DNA from: Paludibacteraceae bacterium
GTDB lineage: Bacteria > Bacteroidota > Bacteroidia > Bacteroidales > Paludibacteraceae
Direction of reading: 5' to 3'
NCBI GenBank assembly: GCA_045531475.1
Contig: JAZSEB010000024.1
Location: 88,017-152,016, forward strand
Length of the DNA stretch: 64,000 bases
Shown: positions 55,181 through 64,000 of the stretch, piece by piece
Position numbering within the stretch: the first letter of the stretch is position 1
How the letters are laid out: every line of letters begins with the position of its first letter
Notes under the pieces: generated by a model
The model's database searches: none
The model's input: only the letters and a program-made list of their open reading frames with translations
Told to the model about the DNA's origin: nothing
Made by a program: the position numbers and the translations under genes

Positions 55181-57111
55181 TAAAGAAATTTTTCTCCGCA
55201 CTCCTTGTAGTGCTTTTTGCCACATCTGTGATGGCGCAATCGGGTCTTACTTGCGAGGATCCTATTCCTGTAAACAAGAATTTTACTGGCACAATCGCCG
55301 AGCCTGGTGAGTATTGGTTTACTGCATGGTCATACGATTTGCCTTTGAATGTGCACTTTGTTCCAGAGGTAGACAATAGTTCAAAATGGCCAGAGGTTTA
55401 CGTTGATTTCACATGTGTTCCTGGTGTATATGATGATCCAAAGTTGGATAGTGTCATTAATGGTTTCACAAGCTTTGGCCTTGAGTTGCCAGTCGAGTTA
55501 ACTTGTTCCAAAGTGGTACGTGGCGATAAGGTAGAATGGGACTTGTCTATCGGTTCTAACTATCGTGACAACCTCACTGAGTGCGGTATCACCCATAATG
55601 TGCAAGCTTTTGTTCGAGTATCTTTTCCTGAGGCAGGTGAGATTATTTTGAATCCTGATACCACCTATACTTCATGTATGGAGAACGCAGACTATGTCAC
55701 ATTGGGTAATACGTTTGATGTTCTCGCTAACGATTCCGACCGTGTATTTGTATTGCCATATTCCGAATGGAAGAAAGACAGCGTACAATTCGCATGGGAA
55801 GGCGATCAACCTGCTACGGTTTGGGTAGCAAGCATGGAGTGTGATTTCTATCCATCCAACGCTAGTGGATTTGTTTGGACACACTATGATGTGGCTGCTG
55901 ACAAGCCTTATGTACTTTCTAACCAAGCCATCAACGACGCTGTTAAAAACCAAGAGGGTGGTGGAGTGTTCTTTGCAAAAGTAATCAGCGAAGGCGAGGG
56001 AAAGCTAACCATTCAGAAAGCGCCTCTTTCTCCAATCCAAGGTGATGCTATTTTGCTTGAATTAGGACAGCCAGTCAAGGTGGGTGCTAATGATCAACAA
56101 CTCTTCTGCTTCCCACGCACTTGGAAGGCTACTGAGTTTGTATCTCCTACCAAGTACGTGATGCATATGTATGCTTCCAATACATCCGAGTTTACTCCTT
56201 CTGCTGATGATGCAAATGTGTTGGCATACTATTCATTCTTGCTTGATAACAACAAGCGTCAATTGCAATTGTCATACCAAGATGTTCAGCAGTTGGCTGC
56301 TTCTGCAACCGATGATTATATCTATGTTCGCTTCCAATGTAACGAGGCAACAACCATCACTCCTACGGCTTGGACATCTTCCACCTGCGCAAACCAGTCT
56401 ATCCTTTTGTGCTCAGGACAAGAGGTAAGTGTACCAAGTCTATCAAAAGATGTCCTTTATCGTCTCCGTTATGCTGATTGGAAAGACTATGATATGACTA
56501 TCAATTGGACCAACCGCTCACGTCCAGTTCCTGTTTATTTTGCTTCTGTATGCGATTTCACCCTTTCTTCTACTGCGCCAAATGTAGTTTACTACAAGAG
56601 TTGCCGCATGGGAGCAACCACGATAACTGCTGAAGAAGTCAATGCTTGGGCTGCGAATGTGGATGAAGAAGGCTTCTTGTATGTTCGTATGAACCCACAA
56701 GCGGGTGGTAAAGCAACTTTCACTACTACCAAACCTGCGGAGGAAGATCCAGAGATTATCACCAACGAGTGTGTGGAGGGCAGCATCAAACTCAATGTGG
56801 GCGACCAAATCACTTTGAACCTCGACAGTGCGTTCACCGTTTATTGCTTCAATTATGCGGAGTGGGCAGCTCAAAACGTTACTTTCCAATGGGCAGGCGA
56901 AGAAGCTTTGCATACGTTTGTAGCCGAGACTTGCCAGTTCGCAGTAGCACCATACAACAAGTATGTGGTTAATTACGTAGCTATTCCAGCGCAAGGCAAA
57001 CTCGTGCTAGACGCAGCTACATTGGCCGCTTTCGCAGATAAGGTTGACGATGCAGGTTATCTCTACATCCGCTTCCTCACCGAGAAAGAAGGCACACTAA
57101 CCATAAAATAA
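55177..57111 (+). CDS. Secreted protein built from five related Cys-containing modules of about 115-130 aa (hypothetical)
   Basis: Signal peptide ..ATSVMAQS. Module ends recur: GVFFAKVISEGEGKLTIQK, DDYIYVRFQCNEATTITP, EGFLYVRMNPQAGGKATFTT, AGYLYIRFLTEKEGTLTIK. Internal Y.EW....F.W.G and C.F motifs also recur. Confidence 0.6.
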   Translation: MIKKFFSALLVVLFATSVMAQSGLTCEDPIPVNKNFTGTIAEPGEYWFTAWSYDLPLNVHFVPEVDNSSKWPEVYVDFTCVPGVYDDPKLDSVINGFTSFGLELPVELTCSKVVRGDKVEWDLSIGSNYRDNLTECGITHNVQAFVRVSFPEAGEIILNPDTTYTSCMENADYVTLGNTFDVLANDSDRVFVLPYSEWKKDSVQFAWEGDQPATVWVASMECDFYPSNASGFVWTHYDVAADKPYVLSNQAINDAVKNQEGGGVFFAKVISEGEGKLTIQKAPLSPIQGDAILLELGQPVKVGANDQQLFCFPRTWKATEFVSPTKYVMHMYASNTSEFTPSADDANVLAYYSFLLDNNKRQLQLSYQDVQQLAASATDDYIYVRFQCNEATTITPTAWTSSTCANQSILLCSGQEVSVPSLSKDVLYRLRYADWKDYDMTINWTNRSRPVPVYFASVCDFTLSSTAPNVVYYKSCRMGATTITAEEVNAWAANVDEEGFLYVRMNPQAGGKATFTTTKPAEEDPEIITNECVEGSIKLNVGDQITLNLDSAFTVYCFNYAEWAAQNVTFQWAGEEALHTFVAETCQFAVAPYNKYVVNYVAIPAQGKLVLDAATLAAFADKVDDAGYLYIRFLTEKEGTLTIK

Positions 57112-57120
57112 CGTCTAATC

Positions 57121-57159
57121 CTTACCCATCTCCCTCCCTTTGGGAGGGTTGGGGTAGGC
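57121..57159. repeat. 39-nt hairpin module, copy 1; also the likely terminator of the 644-aa gene
   Basis: cttacccatctCCCTCCCtttGGGAGGGttggggtaggc followed by TTTTTT. Copy 2 lies at 57492-57530. Confidence 0.8.
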
Positions 57160-57247
57160 TTTTTTAGGGCATAGGCCATTGGCTTGACCTATGCTCACAA
57201 AGAAAGTGTTCTTTCAAACTATTGACCACTCGCTTGCCACTGGGTTC

Positions 57248-57324
57248 CATCGTGACCTCATCGTGACCTCATCGTGACTTCATCGTGACCTCATCGTGAC
57301 CTCACCATGACTTCACCGTAACAG
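57248..57324. repeat. Tandem array (CATCGTGACCT)x5 plus 2 degenerate units, 11-nt unit
   Basis: Units start at 57248, 57259, 57270, 57281 and 57292, then decay to caccatgactt and caccgtaacag. Confidence 0.95.
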
Positions 57325-57335
57325 CCACCTGCTAG

Positions 57336-57401
57336 CATTGGAACCTCATTGGAACCTGATTGGAATCTCATTGGAACCTCACCGAGCGATCACCGAGAGA
57401 C
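57336..57401. repeat. Tandem array (CATTGGAACCT)x4 plus 2 degenerate units, 11-nt unit
   Basis: Units start at 57336, 57347, 57358 and 57369, then decay to caccgagcgat and caccgagagac. Confidence 0.9.
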
Positions 57402-57491
57402 GACCAAGAGAATTTCCTGCAATCGGCAAGCTCCAATCGGTCCAATTTTCGGCATACTTGCCGAGCAAAACAAATATTAAAATAACAACCT

Positions 57492-57530
57492 CTTACCCAT
57501 CTCCTTCCCTTTGGGAGGGCTGAGGTAGGC
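57492..57530. repeat. 39-nt hairpin module, copy 2
   Basis: cttacccatctCCTTCCCtttGGGAGGGctgaggtaggc. Three substitutions relative to copy 1 and no T-run. Confidence 0.8.
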
Positions 57531-57586
57531 TAAAAACGAATTATAATCAACTTTTAAACATAACGCCACAAGGCGTAAAAAAGCTT

Positions 57587-60500
57587 ATGAAAAAAATATT
57601 GTCAGTTTTAGTATGTGTATTTTTGGGAGTTAGTAGCATATGGGCTCAGGCAGGTTCTGCAATTATTTCTGCTCGTGCAGTTTGCGATGACGACGGGGAT
57701 GGTGTATACACTCCAGGAGGTGGTACTGTGCAGGCGAGTGCTCAAACGTGGACATGGAAAACAGTTTCCTTACAATCCTCTGTCGTTAGTGGAGATGTAT
57801 GGGAGGCTTCATCTGCAACAGGACAAGGTGGCTATCATAAGGGTATTTTCACAACATATACCAACCCATATTATGTTCAAGCAACTCGTAAATCCACGAG
57901 CCAAAACTACTATTTTACAGGTTGGTATTCTGGAACGGACAAAGGAGTTACTCTTTCTGCGCCATTAGGAGAGGGAGATACTTATAAAAAAGATTATGCT
58001 TATAATGTCAGCGGAACAGACTATGTGTATGCTGTGTTTAAGAAGGTGATTAACCCTAACCAATCATCAATCTCTTGGACAAAAACCACACTTAATGCTA
58101 CTTTGCCAACAGAGGTCGCACTATATAAGGCAACTAATTTCCAAGTCGCTAGCATTACTTACAATGGAAATACAAACACTTCTTCGTTTACTTGTACCCC
58201 AAGTAGTACAACCACATCGGATGGCAAAATAACGCTCACTCTCTCTGCGGGTGAAGATGTGAAAGATGGAGACAAATTTGTAATCACTCTTACATCTGAT
58301 AATAATGGTTATGCAACGATTACGGTTGATATTCTAACCGAAATACAAGTGCTATTTACGCCTCCTATAAAAGGTAAAGGTTCATATACTGCTGTACGAA
58401 CCAATTCCGATGGTGGTACAACTTGTACGCTAGACCAAAATAGTTCAGCATATACGGCCACATTTGATGACATCAAACGTTTCTATCATACACTAACTGC
58501 TACACCAGATGAAGGATATCAGTTCTATCGTTGGGTAATAGAAGATGCAAATGGAGTGACTTATTATACCACTAACCCTTATGGCTATACGGTCAAGAAT
58601 GGAGATCGTATCTCTGTTGAGTTCCTGCCTGAAGGTGTTGCACAATTCATAGTGAAAGGAGTGGATGGTGTATACTACTACGAGTTAGATGCTGCTATTG
58701 CTGCGGCTCAAAATTCTACTAGTAAAACAGTTGTAGTTGCTTCTAGTGGTTCTTTGAATACAGATTATAAGACGCCTAATGCAGACGGACAATATGAGTT
58801 CACAATCCCTGCAGGCATCACGCTCCTTGTCCCAGGCGATGCTGCATATACGGTGCAAAACAATGGTGTTACAAGTGCTGAAGTAGCAGGAAGTACGAGC
58901 AAGTCAACACTGTATCGTAAATTGATTTTATTGCCAAATACCTCTATTATTGCTAATGGTAATATATGTATCTACTCTAAATTATCAAATCTTCAACAAC
59001 ATAATGGTCGTCCATATGAGTATGGACAACTAGATATGGGAGACAACTGCCATATAGTCATGAAAAATGGGGGTAGACTTACGGTATATGGATACATATC
59101 TGGAAATCCAGAGACAACTAGTGTCGTCGCTGAGTCTGGATCTACTGTTTATGAAGTATTCCAATTTACGGATTGGCGCGGAGGAACAGCAATAACAGGA
59201 GGACTAAGTCTAGGGTTATTAGGAGATAAATTTGGAGCTGTTAACAATGATCAACATATTTTCCCATTGTCTCAATATTATTTGCAGAATATTGAAACGA
59301 AATTGATTGTCTATTCTGGAGCAACAGAATATGTATCAGGTGTGATAGAGGCTTTGGATATGGTTGCTCCAGTTAATATGAAGTTGATAACAAAAGCTAC
59401 GACTGGAGAGGATCAGGGTTTTTTATGTTTGGGTGATAATACGAAGCTAACAAAATGGTATGATGCTGATAACGATAGACAAAAATATTTGATTGAAGGT
59501 GATCAAGGCATAGCAGGTGCCACCGCGAAAATGAGTTATATGTACCTTTCGCTTAAACTATCAATTAAAACAGTAACATTGGATTCTCGAAACTATGTTC
59601 TTCCTATCAATAACAATATTGATATCAGTGTCAACAATGTTACGATTATCTCCCCTTACGATATATGTTTCTTAGCTGGCTCTACTTTCACAATTGACAA
59701 AGATGCAGAATTTCAGGTGAATGAAGGATCCAAGATGTTTATTTATGATAAAGAACCCATTTATGTAGATGAATCAACTTCGTATGAGGGCTTTGTATAT
59801 CCGAATAACGTATTGATAAATCCAATCAAATATACAATAGCGAAAAAAGGTAATCGTACTGCGGCTAATACCCTAGATGCTTCATTTATTGTGAATGGAA
59901 AATTGACTGTCAATGGTGCCCTATACACTACAAAATTCGGTACGAATATCATAGATGCAACAGAACAACAACAAAATTATGGTGCAAATATTACATCCGA
60001 TGGTGGAGGTGAGGTAATTTTTAGCAAAATAGGTACAGAACAGATAACATATCAATATACCCAAAGTGGAACGACTTTAACGCCACTTACCATTCCTGTT
60101 TCTAATGCTCGTTTACGCAATGCTGATAAATCATTTTCTGCGGGTGAAAATGCGAATGTCGACGAGAATTATATTTATTATAATGATATAGAAGGAGGTA
60201 AATGGTGCTTACCAACAAATGCCTTTACAAAAAGCAATATTCCTACACTTTCTGTAACCCTTCCTACAGCATCTGATACTCAATTTGCTGAGTTCAAATT
60301 ACGCAGTACAGGTATGCTCGCAAGCAATTTTGCAGCATCTTCTGACAATGCTGCGTTCGTGACAGGAGAAATAACAATCGAGGGTGATAAACTTAAAGTG
60401 CCTATCACCTACACTGCTCAAAACAAACAAGGTTCAGTTATGGCTAACATCACACTCACATATACTCCAGAGAGTTTCAGCTTGACAGAACCTATCACTG

Positions 60501-63500
60501 CTATAGAAGATTATACTCCTGCTTTTGGTGTATCTTCTACCGAACTCGCATTTGATCCTATTGGTGTATATGCCTTTACGGAAAAATCACTTGCGATTAC
60601 GCCTAATGCAAATAATGTAACTACTCTGTTGGATAATGAAAACATGAAATGGACAAGTTCTATTTCAGGTGCAAATAGCAGCGAATTTAAGTTTACCTTC
60701 GGAGATGGCAGCAATAAGTTGTCTGGTGGCATGGTTACATACCTACCAGTTTCATCAGGTAGCAAGTCCGCTACGCTGACACTCACTGCCACTTATACCG
60801 ATGCAAATAATGTCAAGCAAACCAAATCGATAGATGTTCCTCTAACTGCAACTGCCAACCTTAATATAAATACACTAGCATTTGCAGAAGACGACTTCCC
60901 AACAGAGATAGTGGAAGGAGTTACAGATCCATTCCTACTATTCAAAGATGGTAGCGATAATGCACAAACCGAAATTCTTACCGAGCTTAGCGAGAATGGC
61001 ATAGTTGAAATCACCAAAACCGATGGCAAATACTACGTAAATGTATTATCTGCTGGTACAGTTACCATCACGGCGGTGCAATCTGCATCTACCGTTGTAG
61101 CTGGTTGCACGATTTCAACTACTATCACTGTTAAGCCAAAATCACTATTGCTTGGTCATGTAGAAGTATGTATTGATACAAAAGAAATATTCAATATTCA
61201 TACAGTTAGTGCCAATGCAGTAAGTTATTCAAGCAACAACACGATAGACTTTGCTTCTACTGAAACTACATCATCAGAATGGGTGTTCCAATTCTTGGGT
61301 ATTCCTGATCAATTGACATTTATCCCTACTGGCAACAATACTTGGAATATTGAAGAGCGTGCGTCAGATGATGATGCATGGTCTGCTGTAGTCAACTGGA
61401 CACACTTCACAGCAGGAACAGAAGTGGCTGTTTCACTCAAGCCTACCACACGCCAAGTACGCATTCAATATGGTGCAGGACAAAGTGACGTTGCTTCCAT
61501 CAGCTCTCTATGTGTAACTGCGTTTACTATCAAAGCAGATGTAGATAAACTATATTTACCTGTAAATGCTGATGGTACTACAACTTCCAAAGAAGTGAAA
61601 TTTACTCACATTACCGAACCTCTCAACATCCCAACAATTGAGGGTATCACCGCAGTAAAATCTACTTCTGAGAACAAGGGAACAGCTGAGGAACCATACT
61701 ACGAAACTATCGTTACCTTCTCTGCTACGCAAGCTAATAAAAATGCCACTTTGGAGGCATCCGTAACCTTCAACGAAGAAATCCATACAAAGAATATCGC
61801 TATTCGTACATATAACTTCCCACAAGAGTTGCCTATCAAATTAGCAACTGATGATGCAGAAAGATACTATTTCGTTACAACTGCATCTGCATATGCTCAA
61901 TGGGATGAGTCCACTCGTCAGATTAAATTCCAAAACCCTGGTGCACAATTGACTCGTTCTGTAGCCTTTGCATTCAATGGCGCACCTAGCGAAATTCGCT
62001 TTAATGTCTCTTCTGAAATTAATACTGCAGATTGGGTAATCAAAGAAAGTGCTGATGGCGTTACATTCACGGAAGCATCTGCTGATCTACGTACTATTGA
62101 AGGCCAGTTGCTCACACAACCACTTCAATATACAACACGATACCTGATTATCGAATATGTTTCTGCAGACCTTCGAGAAGTAACTCTCTCTAATCTCGTA
62201 ATAGAGGGCTATCCTATGGCATGGGCTACACCAGAGCAACTCGCCTTGAGCGAAGAACAAAAAACAGCATCTTTTGTATTAACCACCGTCAACTTGCAGA
62301 ACATAAAAGTGGTATTGAATAATACTGACTTTAGAATGACGCACGGAAGCAACACGGAAGAAAAAACAGAGATTCTTCTTTCTGCAAGCGATTATGCAGA
62401 TGCTTTAGGTGTGAATAAAGTCGGCGAGATTACTTTCAATGTGATTTGGAAAAGCACAGGCAATGTTAATCAAGGAATTATCTCTATCTACAATGCCGAC
62501 GATAATTCGCTATTGACGACTGTTAAAATTGTAGGTTCTAAAAATGCAATCACCGTTGATGATGTACTAACGGGTATCTATACTGGTATTCCTTCTGGCT
62601 ATACCTCAACCGTAGGTACAGATTATCAATATCATGAGGTTAGTCTCGCAAATGCGTTTGCTAATGATGGAACGGCATTGTTCGATTATCTCATCATCTA
62701 TGGCGAAACCAAAACTACGGATGGTTCATCTGTCATCACTACTCCTACAAGTTCTGCTGGTAGCAATGCCTTGACTCCTTATTATATATACGAGAAAGCA
62801 CTCAACAGCGAAACAAACAAGTATGATGCTTATCGTTTCGTACAACTAGTAGAAAATGCCAATACTCCTAATAAGGCAGAAATTTCGGGAGTTACAACCA
62901 CCGATGATGGTAGTCTTCCATCCATCTATATTGATGTCAATACATCATTGCGAGTATATATGACCGGTTTCTGCCCTTATGCAACAACGGGACACGATAT
63001 GGCCCAAGAAGGCGTATGGTTCTTCCGCGGCACAAATGGCGAGAAACTGGATATCTATCTCGAGGATTGCCATATTTATAGCCGTAACAAATCAGAATTC
63101 GGTACTCCTATGAGTAAATCCGATGTCAATGCATCTATCTTTACAGGAGACTATGCACTAGGTTCGGGTGGTGTACTCGTATTCGAAAATACAGAGAGAT
63201 CCGATAATATGGAAACTGCGCAACCATTGGATGTAACTATTCACACCATTGGTAACAACGTATTCAAGAGTAACTATGGTAGTTTCTACGAGATATTTGG
63301 CATGCGTGCATATCAAATCTCTGCGCCATTGCATATTCACATGAATTCTGCTAAACATGTATTCTCTTCGAAAACAGAACTCACTTTAGATGATGTATGG
63401 CCAACCGAGTTGGATGCAGACCGTGCAATTACGGATTCTACACGTACCAATGGTTTCCTATCTCTGCAAAAGCAAAGCAATAACGCACCATCCATCGACT

Positions 63501-64000
63501 TAGGTAACCCTTACTCAGTAGTGAACTTCCGTGGTGGACAGGTAGAGTTGCAAAATGCGCAGATTGTATCACCTAACTATAAAACTACACTGGCGATCTC
63601 TTATCGTTCTGGTGAATATGGTGGAGATGATACAGGTATTAAATTTGCATATGGTATTGGTACCGACTCTGTGGGTGGTACGGTGAACTTCTACGATGGT
63701 ACAACCACTGTATTACCTATGCCTGTGGATGAGAAATACCGCCAATACTATTTAATGGACGTAGATGAGAATGGAAATGAACTCACTACTACTTCTTGCT
63801 TGCGTACCCCAAGAAATACCTATGTATATGGTGGTTCACAATGCTTCATGCGTGCATGTAGTCACGTAACATCTAAGGGTGGTGCGCCTACGGATGGCTA
63901 TTCGCAATTGGGTCAATATCTCTATACGTTCAATACCGAAGAGGGAGACCAAAAAGATGAAAAGGGATTGGTAACTGCAATGCGCTTCCCTGGAAATGTT
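57587..64000 (+). CDS. Giant secreted/surface protein, partial (more than 2138 aa; continues beyond the right edge)
   Basis: Not in the ORF track because there is no stop. My codon-by-codon reading found no stop from the ATG at 57587 to base 64000 (6414 nt = 2138 codons). The first in-frame upstream stop is at 57521. Signal peptide MKKILSVLVCVFLGVSSIWAQA; FTGW/FYRW Listeria-Bacteroides-repeat-like segments; Big_2-like GTVTITAVQSASTVVAGCTISTTITVKP; Thr/Asn/Ser-rich beta-type sequence throughout. Confidence 0.7.
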   Translation, partial: MKKILSVLVCVFLGVSSIWAQAGSAIISARAVCDDDGDGVYTPGGGTVQASAQTWTWKTVSLQSSVVSGDVWEASSATGQGGYHKGIFTTYTNPYYVQATRKSTSQNYYFTGWYSGTDKGVTLSAPLGEGDTYKKDYAYNVSGTDYVYAVFKKVINPNQSSISWTKTTLNATLPTEVALYKATNFQVASITYNGNTNTSSFTCTPSSTTTSDGKITLTLSAGEDVKDGDKFVITLTSDNNGYATITVDILTEIQVLFTPPIKGKGSYTAVRTNSDGGTTCTLDQNSSAYTATFDDIKRFYHTLTATPDEGYQFYRWVIEDANGVTYYTTNPYGYTVKNGDRISVEFLPEGVAQFIVKGVDGVYYYELDAAIAAAQNSTSKTVVVASSGSLNTDYKTPNADGQYEFTIPAGITLLVPGDAAYTVQNNGVTSAEVAGSTSKSTLYRKLILLPNTSIIANGNICIYSKLSNLQQHNGRPYEYGQLDMGDNCHIVMKNGGRLTVYGYISGNPETTSVVAESGSTVYEVFQFTDWRGGTAITGGLSLGLLGDKFGAVNNDQHIFPLSQYYLQNIETKLIVYSGATEYVSGVIEALDMVAPVNMKLITKATTGEDQGFLCLGDNTKLTKWYDADNDRQKYLIEGDQGIAGATAKMSYMYLSLKLSIKTVTLDSRNYVLPINNNIDISVNNVTIISPYDICFLAGSTFTIDKDAEFQVNEGSKMFIYDKEPIYVDESTSYEGFVYPNNVLINPIKYTIAKKGNRTAANTLDASFIVNGKLTVNGALYTTKFGTNIIDATEQQQNYGANITSDGGGEVIFSKIGTEQITYQYTQSGTTLTPLTIPVSNARLRNADKSFSAGENANVDENYIYYNDIEGGKWCLPTNAFTKSNIPTLSVTLPTASDTQFAEFKLRSTGMLASNFAASSDNAAFVTGEITIEGDKLKVPITYTAQNKQGSVMANITLTYTPESFSLTEPITAIEDYTPAFGVSSTELAFDPIGVYAFTEKSLAITPNANNVTTLLDNENMKWTSSISGANSSEFKFTFGDGSNKLSGGMVTYLPVSSGSKSATLTLTATYTDANNVKQTKSIDVPLTATANLNINTLAFAEDDFPTEIVEGVTDPFLLFKDGSDNAQTEILTELSENGIVEITKTDGKYYVNVLSAGTVTITAVQSASTVVAGCTISTTITVKPKSLLLGHVEVCIDTKEIFNIHTVSANAVSYSSNNTIDFASTETTSSEWVFQFLGIPDQLTFIPTGNNTWNIEERASDDDAWSAVVNWTHFTAGTEVAVSLKPTTRQVRIQYGAGQSDVASISSLCVTAFTIKADVDKLYLPVNADGTTTSKEVKFTHITEPLNIPTIEGITAVKSTSENKGTAEEPYYETIVTFSATQANKNATLEASVTFNEEIHTKNIAIRTYNFPQELPIKLATDDAERYYFVTTASAYAQWDESTRQIKFQNPGAQLTRSVAFAFNGAPSEIRFNVSSEINTADWVIKESADGVTFTEASADLRTIEGQLLTQPLQYTTRYLIIEYVSADLREVTLSNLVIEGYPMAWATPEQLALSEEQKTASFVLTTVNLQNIKVVLNNTDFRMTHGSNTEEKTEILLSASDYADALGVNKVGEITFNVIWKSTGNVNQGIISIYNADDNSLLTTVKIVGSKNAITVDDVLTGIYTGIPSGYTSTVGTDYQYHEVSLANAFANDGTALFDYLIIYGETKTTDGSSVITTPTSSAGSNALTPYYIYEKALNSETNKYDAYRFVQLVENANTPNKAEISGVTTTDDGSLPSIYIDVNTSLRVYMTGFCPYATTGHDMAQEGVWFFRGTNGEKLDIYLEDCHIYSRNKSEFGTPMSKSDVNASIFTGDYALGSGGVLVFENTERSDNMETAQPLDVTIHTIGNNVFKSNYGSFYEIFGMRAYQISAPLHIHMNSAKHVFSSKTELTLDDVWPTELDADRAITDSTRTNGFLSLQKQSNNAPSIDLGNPYSVVNFRGGQVELQNAQIVSPNYKTTLAISYRSGEYGGDDTGIKFAYGIGTDSVGGTVNFYDGTTTVLPMPVDEKYRQYYLMDVDENGNELTTTSCLRTPRNTYVYGGSQCFMRACSHVTSKGGAPTDGYSQLGQYLYTFNTEEGDQKDEKGLVTAMRFPGNV

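Noticed and set aside
57615-57968. 117-aa plus-strand ORF listed in the track
   Set aside because: It is out of frame inside the 5' end of the giant ORF. The giant frame carries the signal peptide and stays open for 6.4 kb.
1-64000. Search for tRNA, rRNA, tmRNA, RNase P, transposase, integrase, toxin-antitoxin or defence-system genes
   Set aside because: I found no T-loop/acceptor-type sequences, no rRNA-like conserved blocks, and no DDE, tyrosine-recombinase or serine-recombinase motifs. Among the ORFs there is no nuclease/ATPase pairing typical of defence systems. The two helicases carry housekeeping PcrA and DEAD-box motif sets.

Overview
The window looks like a Bacteroidales-type chromosome segment. 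The Bacteroidetes -7 promoter box TAnnTTTG sits upstream of most genes, there are no Shine-Dalgarno-style leaders, and lipoproteins are frequent. Most of it is housekeeping: folP, cdaA, metG, a PcrA/UvrD helicase, a DEAD-box helicase, aroB, rpiB, queG, efp, nadB, rfbB, birA, dacB and mdh. Four accessory parts stand out. (1) A small AT-rich polysaccharide-modification module holds a GT2 gene and a pyruvyl transferase broken at a G7 tract, preceded by a roughly 330-nt structured leader or ncRNA with tandem terminators. (2) There are two paralogous cobalamin riboswitches. One drives a btuB / BtuG-like / lipoprotein / btuFCD / DUF2284 operon. The other has no transporter and drives a small ORF followed by secreted DUF4465-like proteins. 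(3) A metal-uptake cluster holds an HMA protein, a TonB-dependent receptor and a FeoB-like permease that lacks FeoA and the GTPase P-loop. (4) A surface-protein locus at the right edge holds a Ser-rich double-TM protein, a 5-module Cys-containing repeat protein, and a giant ORF of more than 2138 codons that runs off the window and is absent from the ORF track. Intergenic DNA is unusually rich in modular low-complexity elements: tandem arrays with 11-nt and 7-nt units, a 111-nt polypurine tract and a recurrent CTCGGC-hairpin module. Related sequence also appears inside two coding regions. I found no tRNA, rRNA, CRISPR array, transposase or integrase. All family names are recalled from motifs read by eye, because no database search was possible.
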